From Haliotis cracherodii (lineage: Eukaryota), in the NCBI RefSeq assembly GCF_022045235.1, contig NW_027266308.1:15376001-15440000 (forward strand): a stretch of 64,000 nt of DNA, given 5' to 3'. The notes beneath the pieces were generated by a model. The model saw only the letters and a list, made by a program, of their open reading frames with translations. It was not told the DNA's origin and did no database searches. A program made the translations under genes and the position numbers. Positions 53,530-64,000 of this stretch are shown one piece after another (position 1 is the first letter of the stretch; each line of letters starts with the position of its first letter).

Positions 53530-55032
53530 TACGTTGTGGTGTGTTGAGGTGTGTTGCGGTAGGGTATGGTGTTATGTGGAAATGTGCGGTGCCATGCGGT
53601 GTGGTGTTGTGCTGCTTTGTTGTGCTCTGTTGTGAGATGAGGTGTGGGGCGGGGCGGGGCGGGGCGGGGCGGGGCGGGGCGGGGCGGGACTGTAAGTTAG
53701 AGTACGGTGTAGTGTTTTGCTGTGTGCTGTAGTCTTGTATAGTGGCTTGCGTTGCGTTTGGATGCCGTGTGGAGTTGTATGGTGCGGTGCGGTACGGTGT
53801 GGCGGAGAGGGGTGCGGAGCGGAGCGGTGCAGTGCGGTGCAGTGCGGTGCGGAGCAGAGCAGTGTAGTATTGTGTGGTACAGTGCAGTATGAGTGTAGTT
53901 TTGTGAAAGGTAGTAATGAAGTTTAGCTTTTTAAAAGTGTAGTAGCGTGTATCTATCACATGGTGGTGTAATGTTGTGCCACGCCGTGCCGTGCCGGGCA
54001 GNNNNNNNNNNNNNNNNNNNNNNNNNNNNNNNNNNNNNNNNNNNNNNNNNNNNNNNNNNNNNNNNNNNNNNNNNNNNNNNNNNNNNNNNNNNNNNNNNNN
54101 NNNNNNNNNNNNNNNNNNNNNNNNNNNNNNNNNNNNNNNNNNNNNNNNNNNNNNNNNNNNNNNNNNNNNNNNNNNNNNNNNNNNNNNNNNNNNNNNNNNN
54201 NNNNNNNNCAGTGATGTGTACTATAGTGTAGTGTAACAGTGATGTGTAGAGTAGTGTAGTGCAGTTTAGTGTAGCAGTGCTGTTAAGTGTAGTGTAGTGC
54301 AACAGTGATGTGCAGAGTAGTGTAGTGCAGTTTAGTGTAGCAGTGCTGTTTAGTGTAGTGTAGTGTAACAGTGATGTGCAGAGTAGTGTAGTGCAGTTTA
54401 GTGTAGCAGTGCTGTTAAGAGTAGTGTAGTGCAACAGTGATTTGCAGAGTAGTGTAGTGCAGTTTAGTGATGTGTAGTGTAACAGTGATGTGCAGAGTAG
54501 TGTAGTGTAGTTTAGTGTAGTGTAGTGTAACAGTGATGTGCAGAGTAGTGTAGTGCAGTTTAGTGTAGTGTAGTGTAACAGTGATGTGCAGAGTAGTGTA
54601 GTGCAGTTTAGTGTAGTGTAGTGTAACAGTGATGTGCAGAGTAGTGTAGTGCAGTTTAGTGTAGTGTAGTGTAACAGTGATGTGCAGAGTAGTGTAGTGC
54701 AGTTTAGTGTAGTGTAGTGTAACAGTGATGTGCAGAGTAGTGTAGTGCAGTTTAGTGTAGCAGTGCTGTTAAGTGTAGTGTAGTGCAACAGTGATGTGCA
54801 GAGTAGTGTAGTGCAGTTTAGTGTAGCAGTGCTGTTAAGTGTAGTGTAGTGCAACAGTGATGTGCAGAGTAGTGTAGTGCAGTTTAGTGTAGCAGTGCTG
54901 TTAAGTGTAGTGTAGTGCAACAGTGATGTGCAGAGTAGTGTAGTGCAGTTTAGTGTAGCAGTGCTGTTTAGTGTAGTGTAGTGTAACAGTGATGTGCAGT
55001 GTAGTGTAGTGCAGTTTAGTGTAGCAGTGCTG
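53530..55032. repeat. Pentamer-derived simple repeats (GTGCG, GGGGC, GTGTA) and a 45/66-bp composite array, spanning an N-gap
   Basis: (ggggc)n at ~53646-53688. Units aacagtgatgtgcagagtagtgtagtgcagtttagtgtag.. at 54209-55032. Confidence 0.9.
54002..54208. other. Assembly gap (N run)
   Basis: N run. Confidence 0.99.
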
Positions 55033-55039
55033 TGTGGTG

Positions 55040-55305
55040 GTTTGTTTGTTTGTTGTTTAACGCCGCACTCAGCAATACTACAGCTGTATGACGCCGGTCT
55101 GTAAACAATCGAGTGTGGACCAAACAATCCAGTGATGGGCATCATGGGCATTGATCGCTGCAACTGGGATACGATGACATGCATCAACCAAGTCATCGAG
55201 CCTGACCACCCGATCCCGTTAGTCGCCTCTCATGACAAGCATACGCCTGTTATTACAGGCAAACATGGGTTGCTGAAGACCAATTCTCTTTCCGGACATT
55301 CATGT
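55040..55305 (-). mobile_element. Retroposon family B copy
   Basis: Reverse complement of family B. More decayed copies at ~19260-19460(-), 26880-27075(+) and 30780-30975(+). Confidence 0.82.
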
Positions 55306-56367
55306 AGATACGTGATGTTACGTCATTTACCCTGACACCGTGTATTTGATAACACTTTATCAATGTTTTCATCTTCTAGCATAGATTTACTATTCTGTCA
55401 TTCTGCATTAAATTCAAATTTTCTGAATCAGTTTAAATTCCAAGCTTCAAATTGTCATCATTCAACTTAACAACAAGTAATGTCCCTCTCCCAGAGCTTG
55501 TCACAACATGGCCATGGCCGGAATCCAACGGCTGATTTAAGACAAAGCTGTACAATAATCACGCCCGAGCCACGCCAACAAGTGTCGATGACCTTTCCAA
55601 TGCAAGCTATTAATGCCAAATACCTCCGTTAATGGAACAAGAAACCCGGCAGATGTAGATGACTCTGCTATATTCATCCTTGGCCCATAGGCCCTCGCAG
55701 AGATCTCATGAAGATCTCGTCAATGTGATGAATGCTAATCCAAGGAGCCTTCAAAGAGCGAACGAGGTCTGCATTGCAAATTCAGATTCTTACTTCCGGT
55801 TAAGAATATATCTTCGTTTGAGCATGCGCTGGAGCTGCTGCTGCGTAGAAATCTAACACGGTGTGACGGAAGAAGACTGGCATTGTGGACACATATTCCA
55901 GTCGGATGGGTGCTACACACGTTATGCCAGGATAGATGAAGAGGTCTTATTGCAATAAAGTGAGCGGGACTGTAGTGATGAATGGTCATCAGTTCAGTGA
56001 ATGTCCTTCGAGGCACTTAATGCAAATTATTTTGATGACTGCGACCTGAAAAAAAGGATTAACAATCGGGACAATACCTTTTTAATAATGAATCATTTAT
56101 ATTTTCTAAGTGAATGTTGCTCTTTAAAACTTTCGATATGAACTTTCATTTTGACAAATGCATTGTGATACCCTTTAATTTGGAAAAGCGTGAAAACGTT
56201 TACAGGAAAATAGTGATACGGAGCACCCAACTCCAGCCGCATCTAGGCCACAGTGTAATTATAATGTTGGCAAACGTTGGAACACAGTAAATAAAATCGT
56301 TTGGACTACATTGTTCTCTTCAGTAGATTTATAACACCAAGACCTTCGTTTAGAGGTCGTCTCAATT

Positions 56368-56507
56368 AGGGGCCTAGTGGTTAAAGCGTTCGCTCGTCAC
56401 GACTTAGACCCGGGTTCGATTCCCGACATGGGAATTTCTGGTGTGCCCCGCCGTGATATTGCTGGAATATTGCTAAAAGCGATGTAAAAACAATATCCAC
56501 TCACTCA
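56368..56507 (+). mobile_element. SINE family A copy, slightly 5'-truncated, 10-bp TSD
   Basis: gcctagtggttaaagcgttcgctcgtcacg..GGTTCGATTCC..cactcactca. TSD cgtctcaatt at 56358 and 56508. Confidence 0.85.
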
Positions 56508-57979
56508 CGTCTCAATTGGTGGAAAGTGCCTCACAAGTCTGATGTATGCAAAAAAATCACTGATTTGAAAGATTTGAGAGACATGCTCTTGAAACAAAAC
56601 ATGAACATGCATGGCTGTAGAACTATATGCCAAGGTTTGTGCAGCATTCAAGAAGTCATGTATTCATCATAATTTCAGTACTCGCTGTAACGTACGTCTC
56701 CCTTTTATTATGGTGGCGAAATATCTTGTCATTGCTAGAAATCAAAACGTCTTTAAAAATATACATGCCATTTTTCATAAATAGACTCCATGTATACAAC
56801 TCATTTCATGTGAAACTAAAAGAAAAAACCCAAACACTTAGAACAAACTGACAATGCATGCATTTCTCGCTCAATCACACACATTGTCCAAAAATATCAT
56901 CGCCAAAAGTTTTAGACTGTTTTAACGGTTTACCAAAAGCCATGAAATATGATACCCTATTTGCTGTCGATTAATGAACTTGTACAAAACGAATTCTTTT
57001 TACGTTACAGTCCTTTACGAACCGAATTCTCCTATTACCAATACAGCAAATACAGCTGTGCATATAGCTCTAGATGTTTCGCCGACATCACTATTTGAAC
57101 CAGAATGTGCCTAATGTCTAAATAAATATTTAATGCAAATTACATCTCTATATCTAACACGAATTTAATAAACAGTTTGTTGACAATAACTTGCATAAAT
57201 ATAAGTAAAATACACTTTCGTTATATCATATCCAGAGGTTACGGAGCTACAACGATTCCAATACAGAGAAAAAATTCTTGTCTGCATTGGAAAAAACAAA
57301 AACTTACACATGTCTACAATCACTTTTAGTAACCCCACATTCAACACGGAATCTTTCAATATACAGTTCCATATATACTAGTCATTGTCCTCAAACATAT
57401 CCTAAACTAATTATGCCGGGCAAAAGAAAGTATACATTTGAAAATTGGATTTGACAAAACAATTCCAAAATTACAACAATGCTGAAGACAGTCGCCGAAA
57501 CATTGGAAATTTAGGTCCAAAACACAACTGGGATATCTGTATCAAATACATCACCGTCGAATGACCATTTCGTATATGTTTTTAGCCACCATCAAACCAG
57601 ACAGTTTATTTCAATTTTATGACAAAACGAATGTTTTCTTTAAAAAGTGACAAAGTCATATTTAAATACAGAAACTAACATCGATTATCTAATGTCATGT
57701 GTCTCCTTTACGTCAACACTTATTTGACTACCTTTCAGTTGCCTCATCTCTTTCCTTATATAACATGATGTTACCCTGGACCTCCTACCATTTGGAGGGA
57801 CATCACGCTTAACCTTTTACATATATGTATATAGGCTTCAGAGTCTGGTATATATATATATATAATAAAATAATAAACATCTTCTTTATATCAGTTATAT
57901 GATCTGATATAAAGAAGATGATGGACTAACGTGGACTTTATTATTTTATTATATATTACATTTACACCGAGTGAACATT

Positions 57980-58174
57980 NNNNNNNNNNNNNNNNNNNNN
58001 NNNNNNNNNNNNNNNNNNNNNNNNNNNNNNNNNNNNNNNNNNNNNNNNNNNNNNNNNNNNNNNNNNNNNNNNNNNNNNNNNNNNNNNNNNNNNNNNNNNN
58101 NNNNNNNNNNNNNNNNNNNNNNNNNNNNNNNNNNNNNNNNNNNNNNNNNNNNNNNNNNNNNNNNNNNNNNNNNN
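57980..58174. other. Assembly gap (N run)
   Basis: N run. Confidence 0.99.
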
Positions 58175-58914
58175 AGAATGAAATGGTTTGTGAGACTGAT
58201 TTCCATCGATTTCACATGAAAAATTCGTCCATGACCCCAGAAAGGAAGTCATTTTCTTGGACAACGGATCAAACGTCTACACTCCGAGATTAGTGAGAAT
58301 GTGTGAACGGCCAAAAGCCATTAATGCGACATAATCTAGACCCAGGGTGAACACAATCAGCAAATAAATGTTCCTCCCGTGTGACAACATGGCTAATGTA
58401 GCTAAGAAGGATGCCATTGCTTCCGATGTAGTTTATGTTTGGTAGCCTATCAACCTTCTTAACATAACAAACAATTGATGTCATGTGGGCTTCTTAAAGT
58501 TCCCGTTTCTTTCTAATCATGAATCGAAAGAGCCATAGATTCGGATGAGAGCCGTAATGAAATATTTGCCCTTGTGTAACACGCAGACTTAAACATCTTT
58601 CAACGAGGAACTGATTTTTACATACGCATGGTCACATGTACTTGGATATATGAAATGCTAATGCTTAAGGCATTTTTTACCATTTTGAGACTTTGATAGA
58701 TATGTGGAAGTTTATCGTTCACAGCGACACGTGTGGGTGAGCAAGACGTAAAGTAACGACGTGTATAAAACTACATCATTATCGTGTGTCTCTACGTAAT
58801 CAATGGTCCAATATGGTATTTCACATTATATGTATTCATTTTAAGTTTCATGTTAACCTGTAACATGTTCACAACTTAATTGTCAATGTCAGTGATTTTA
58901 TAGCTCGATTCTGA

Positions 58915-59105
58915 AGTCATGCAGGTCTGGGACGTTTACCACTCTGGTAAAAAACAAGGGCATGGGTATGGTGCTGACAAACCGAAAACCATAATCGGGG
59001 CAAACCGGGATTCGAACCCACAATGAAAGGTTTCTGGCGTGCCCAAGGGAAGTGGTTCTGCAGAGCGAATTGCGGCGCCTTAGGCGACTGGGCCTACCGC
59101 GCCAC
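58915..59105 (-). mobile_element. SINE family C copy (5' two-thirds)
   Basis: Reverse complement of 19495-19680. A 3'-half copy lies at ~51150-51305(+). Confidence 0.8.
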
Positions 59106-60059
59106 TACCATAATGAGACAAGTGGAAACCTTTAGTTCGAAGTCCTGGGAACCAGAATATACATCGAGATGTCTGTTGTTCCAGACAAGCTGAGCGCCGA
59201 TATAACGATGTCTCGGTATCATAAACTTATACACAGACTTATACGATAAATTATGTTTGAAGATACGCGTTAACAGGCTTTGTACTGTACATTTACCGTT
59301 CACATTGCACACATAAGGATTTATCCTTGGTAATAAAGTTACATCGTCATAAATGATACATACGGAATTGACGAGATTCGACTGTATGGAATAGCAAAAG
59401 TTACATTCCACCAAGGGTTAACTGTAAACGTATGACGTTTAAGTGGAAGCACGTACAACCAGTAAACCATTACGATGCCTCTGCTAGAATGGTTTCCCAT
59501 ATGTCTTTCAGAGAAGAAAAAGATCAAAGCTATCTTTGTGTTGTCTCTGTTCCCGTTGTAGGACTGTTTGACATTTTATTACCTGGGGCTGTTGCGAAAA
59601 GAGCGTCGTTGTTTTAGCATGTAGGCGACTGTAGGCCTTTTTCCATTCAATAGCGAGGAGCAGTTTGGGAAGTGATAACACGCGACTAGACACGACCGGT
59701 AGAGATTTAGTAGCTTGATGGATGGGGGAAGTGATGGCAAAACCATCCAAAGAAAAAGTTCATTCTAACAATGGTGTTTGTTTAGTCTGGCTGGGAGAAG
59801 GTGATTGGCTTTTAATCATTTGGATGTGCAGCCTGTTTTCACTGTACTGGCATTAAGTCAGTGTTTAACAAGCGTTATACATTAGTTGTACGAATAGTAA
59901 CAACACACAGTATTAAGTTGTCGATTTCATATTGGCATGGTTTGATGTCGACGTATGATTATCATTGTCATTGCTGTACTAGCAAATAGTTAAATACATA
60001 AAGCCCTTTCGAAGTTTATTTCTGCTCTTTTCTAAATGTATAAGCCCCAGGTTCATTCG

Positions 60060-60635
60060 TGTGGTATCTAGGCTCCATGGTGTGGTATCGAGGCTCCAAG
60101 GTCTGGTATCTAAGCTTCATCGTCTGATATCTAGGCTCCAAGGTCTGGTATATAGGCTTCATGGTCTGGTATCTAGGCTTCATAGTCTGGTGTATAGGCT
60201 TCATGGTCTGGTATCTAGGCTTCAAGGTCTGGTGTATAGGCTTCATGGTCTGGTATCTAGGCTTCATGGTCTGGTGTATAGGTTTCATGGTCTGGTATCT
60301 AGGCTTCATAGTCTGGTATCTAGGCTTCAAGGTCTGGTGTATAGGCTTCATAGTCTGGTATCTAGGATTCATGATCTGGTGTCTAGGCTTCATATCTTAT
60401 TATGTAGGCTTCATGGTCTGGTATCTAGGCTTCATGGTCTGGTATATAGGCCTCATGGTCTGGTATATAGGCCTCATGGTCTGGTATCTAGGCTCAATGG
60501 TCTGGGCATCACAGTCTGGTATCTTGGCTTCACGGTCTGGTATCTAGGCTTTATGGTCTAGACTTCATGGTCTGGGTTTCATGGTCTGGTATCTAGGCTT
60601 CATGGTCTGATATCTAGGCTTCATGGTCTAGAATC
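60060..60635. repeat. 21-bp minisatellite, ~27 copies
   Basis: Unit ggtctggtatctaggcttcat. Confidence 0.93.
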
Positions 60636-61468
60636 TAGATTTGTTCTCATAGTCTTCAAACCTCAAATTGCATCAAAATGGATTTTTGAAAAAAATACTC
60701 TTAGTACGTGGCAGGCGTCATAATATACTCTGTCATAAGTTCATAAAATATAACGACATACGACATGGCAACCGAGTTAGAAGGACCTTTGTTACATTGG
60801 TATCAGAAAAAATGTTCGTGATTTGTCACGAATATTCTTAAATCATTTATCATCGAGAAGCTCCATCACAATTAGACCACACATCATCTATCTCAGTTAG
60901 CCAGATCCATACCATGTATTAAAATAGCCGAACAAAACACGTCCACGGTGATTTCTTACGATATCGAGACTACATCCGTTTGAGAGAACGCATTTGTAAT
61001 GTTTCTAAACACCTGCCCTATTACCTGTAGGCTAGTCAGGAATAGTTCCCATCTACCATTCCCCGCGCAACCTTGGGACAGGGGTTCAAGCAGCGCCCCA
61101 CCCAGCGGCCACCATGATGTTTAAAGAAAATAACACCACCACACCAGTGTCTTCATTACGGTATCGCTTTAGCTTAGTTAGCGGTGTTCATGCCATGGTA
61201 AGATGGGCATAATTACCACAGGTCGCCCACTGTTTGACACAATCACCACACCTTTGATGAAGGTAAAGTTCTGGCAGAACCTTGACTGTAATCTTGGTCA
61301 CTGACGTACTGACGTATGGTTTATGAATTGGCTTACTTGGCAAAACCGTATTGAAGTTCAGAAGTACAGATATTGATTGACATTCATGCAGACTGGTATG
61401 TTTATATGCTGGTCTGGTTTCTTTACTTACCGCCCACTTGAACATGTTGTCGGATAGTAGGTCTTTAG

Positions 61469-61472
<4 letters not shown>

Positions 61473-61542
<70 letters not shown>

Positions 61543-61718
61543 TACATGGTAATAAACTGCAGAATATGTAGTTTCATAGTTAACACTTATCTCATCTACC
61601 CTCTGCATCGCTGCGGCACGATGATTATGTTCACATGATTTACTGAATTATTACTAACCGAGGTCTGACAAACTCCGTGCCATGCATATGTATTCGGCTT
61701 CCACTGGCTTGATGAAGC

Positions 61719-61808
<90 letters not shown>
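61473..61808. repeat. Two (GA)n tracts enclosing a 185-bp exact copy of 22031-22215
   Basis: Base-by-base comparison of 61538-61722 with 22031-22215. Confidence 0.95.
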
Positions 61809-61812
<4 letters not shown>

Positions 61813-62888
61813 TTATGGAACTGGGTTTTAATTGAGATGTGCGGCACATTTAACACGAGTGATCTTCAACAGAGCTATCGGGGTATGTCACGTTCAACGG
61901 AGTCAACCAAACATTTGGTGATAGTGGTTGAAAGGCTGAAGTAGTGGTGGACGTTGGTGTCGGTGACAGTTCAGGGTGAAAGTGTGACAGATTCAGCAAA
62001 CGCGATCTATATATATATTTTTTTTAATTTGAAGTTTACACGATAAATGGCTTTTCAATTGGACGATAGATCAGTCATGTTACCGCGAAATTGACGTTCA
62101 TAAGTGCATGAACGACACAATTTGACATTCATACGTTTTTCACGTGACCGTGTTCTTGTAATGACGTAAACACTGACGGACTAATTCTACATTCCTTGGG
62201 AAAACCATGGGAATTCCGAAGCACGAATACATACAGAAGCGATCTTTCTGATCATTTAGACCCTTTAATCTTAAACTCAGCGTTTCAGTATAAATTGAGC
62301 AACGTCAGAGAGTTCGACTGCATGATCGTTTACGAATATCTTCGCTACGACCGAACCTTAGTGAACAAAACGAAGAAATGCATATCCACACTATCGAAGT
62401 ATCGACTCGATCCATGTCTTAGCTGACAGTGACAGTCTACAGCAATCTATGAATTTACGTCATGTCTAATTAACACATCTCTAATCACCTTTCAATGATC
62501 GACCAGTTGATCAATGATGACTAAAACATGTACCGCCACAGGTTCATGAACAACTTCCGAAATCTCTCCCGACACGTTTATCGTGTCGGCCATTTTGACG
62601 TCTTGTACTTGATGTAAATGTATTACGACTCGCTGTCATTGTGACTGACTTACCGAGGTAGTTCTTATCAGACATTTCTTATGAGGATATATTTTGAATA
62701 CATGTGTTGTTCCCGTAGAGCATGTGGAGCATGCATATTTTCATGTCACCTCTCGTTTTGAGGAACTATTTTTTCCGCGATACAGCTGGTTGTTGTATGG
62801 CTGTCAGTGTAAACATGAAGTCATACGTTCTAAATAAAGCGTATAAATCTAGATCCTTGGAGGTACAAAATAGTGATACAAAAATTTA

Positions 62889-63175
62889 TAAGAATTGACA
62901 TTGTGAACGCAAGCTCCGACGTTCATACAGATTGACCCTCACTCTATAAAGGTTCATACTCCAATGAACTCACACAAAGTGAATGTCAATTCTTAACTGA
63001 CATTGTGAAGCGGAGCTGCGTTCAAAATCTCAACATATTAACCAAGCTCCCACGTTCATACAGTTTGGCCCTCACTCTATAAAGGTTCATACTCCAATGA
63101 ACTTACACAAAGTGAATGTCAATTCTTAACTGACATTGTGAAGCGGAGCTGCGTGCATATCTCAACATATTAACC
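62889..63175. repeat. ~133-bp tandem duplication overlapping a 14-bp inverted repeat
   Basis: caagctcc(g/c)acgttcata at 62910 and 63043. taagaattgacatt (62889-62902) pairs with aatgtcaattctta (62982-62995). Confidence 0.8.
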
Positions 63176-64000
63176 ATGCTGCAAACGCAACAGCGTGAAA
63201 TAACTTCCATACATACAAAGGTGCATTTTAGCGATTCTCAAAGCGATTTGTAAGCTGAACTAATAGAAAGAGACACGATCATACAATTGTAAGTCATCAA
63301 ATCAATAGGTTGACATCAATGTTTATATTTGTTATCATTTAACCCGTTTCATTCGATTTTCTGAATGATGTATTATCTGTTCCTCTTGAGTGCGTGGTGA
63401 AAGTCCATCGTCAAAAGTTCGATACTTACTGGTAATCAGATTATTCCCAACATGTCGTTGGCTTTTTGTAATCCTAGTCTCGCGAATCTAAACTGATGGT
63501 CAAAAGAAAGTATACCGAGTGTGTTTTTCACATAATTGAAAATATAACCATCACTCATTCCTGCAACTGTTTGTAAAAAAGCGATCCCTGGCTGGGTAAT
63601 TTTGTGTTAAAATATATTGGTAGATGAAGTCTGGGGAAAGAAATGAATTTGTAACATCATGACGCCTACCATGTTTGAAATGTTTGAAAAGTCGACTTTA
63701 TTGATTTTCTCAGTGTATTGTGCACACAAAAAAATCATATTTCAAAGTTTTAAATCAAATTATATTTTTAAAAATGCAACTATGTAGACGTGTTCTTGGG
63801 AGCTGATTAAGCGCGAGCACTGTTACATTTTGGATATAATATCGTTCAAGACACTAACAAACGAATTACTTTTAATCTCAATATGTCGATTAAATGTCTG
63901 CCTCCTGATTACCCCATTGACAAACGTTTACAATGGGGTGAGATGTGTGGGTTTATAAAAACCGTTCGATACAATATATGTGGGGAGATACTGAGCGGAG

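Noticed and set aside
53931-55196. 421-aa LNCTTLLCTSLLHYTT ORF
   Set aside because: Pentamer-derived simple repeat that starts inside a SINE and runs through an N-gap.
59432-59617. GLFDILLPG resembling the stum exon-1 LN..LPG motif
   Set aside because: Wrong strand for stum-B, downstream of stum-A, and no phase-1 donor.
60016-60561. Heptad-repeat ORFs (LHGLVSR, MKPRYQT) resembling coiled coils
   Set aside because: 21-bp minisatellite open in several frames on both strands.

Overview
AT-rich, repeat-dense eukaryotic genomic DNA from a draft scaffold with three N-gaps. The SINE content suggests a mollusc, possibly an abalone-like gastropod (inference). There are no prokaryotic features and no CRISPR array. 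The only confidently recognisable host genes are two convergently oriented paralogues of the stum/SPEC3 (STUM/C1orf95) membrane-protein family. One is on the + strand (exons 25997-26179 and 33597-34060, long disordered C-tail). The other is on the - strand (exons 53042-52869 and 51870-51824, short tail ending ETTMV). I could not find the expected first coding exon of either gene. The rest is intronic or intergenic: an R4/Dong-clade LINE relic, a Penelope-like GIY-YIG relic with hammerhead-like termini, at least three SINE-like families sharing one 3' tail, MITEs, about ten minisatellite arrays and microsatellites. Most ORF-track entries are repeat artefacts. Best leads: (1) a covarying pseudoknot plus hairpin at the 5' end of a headless retroposon family (candidate ribozyme or structured leader); (2) a 2.6-kb 54-bp array that reads as a signal peptide plus ~46 18-aa repeats, broken only by 1-bp indels; (3) candidate spliced micro-ORF units inside the stum introns; (4) an exact 185-bp duplication sitting between GA microsatellites.
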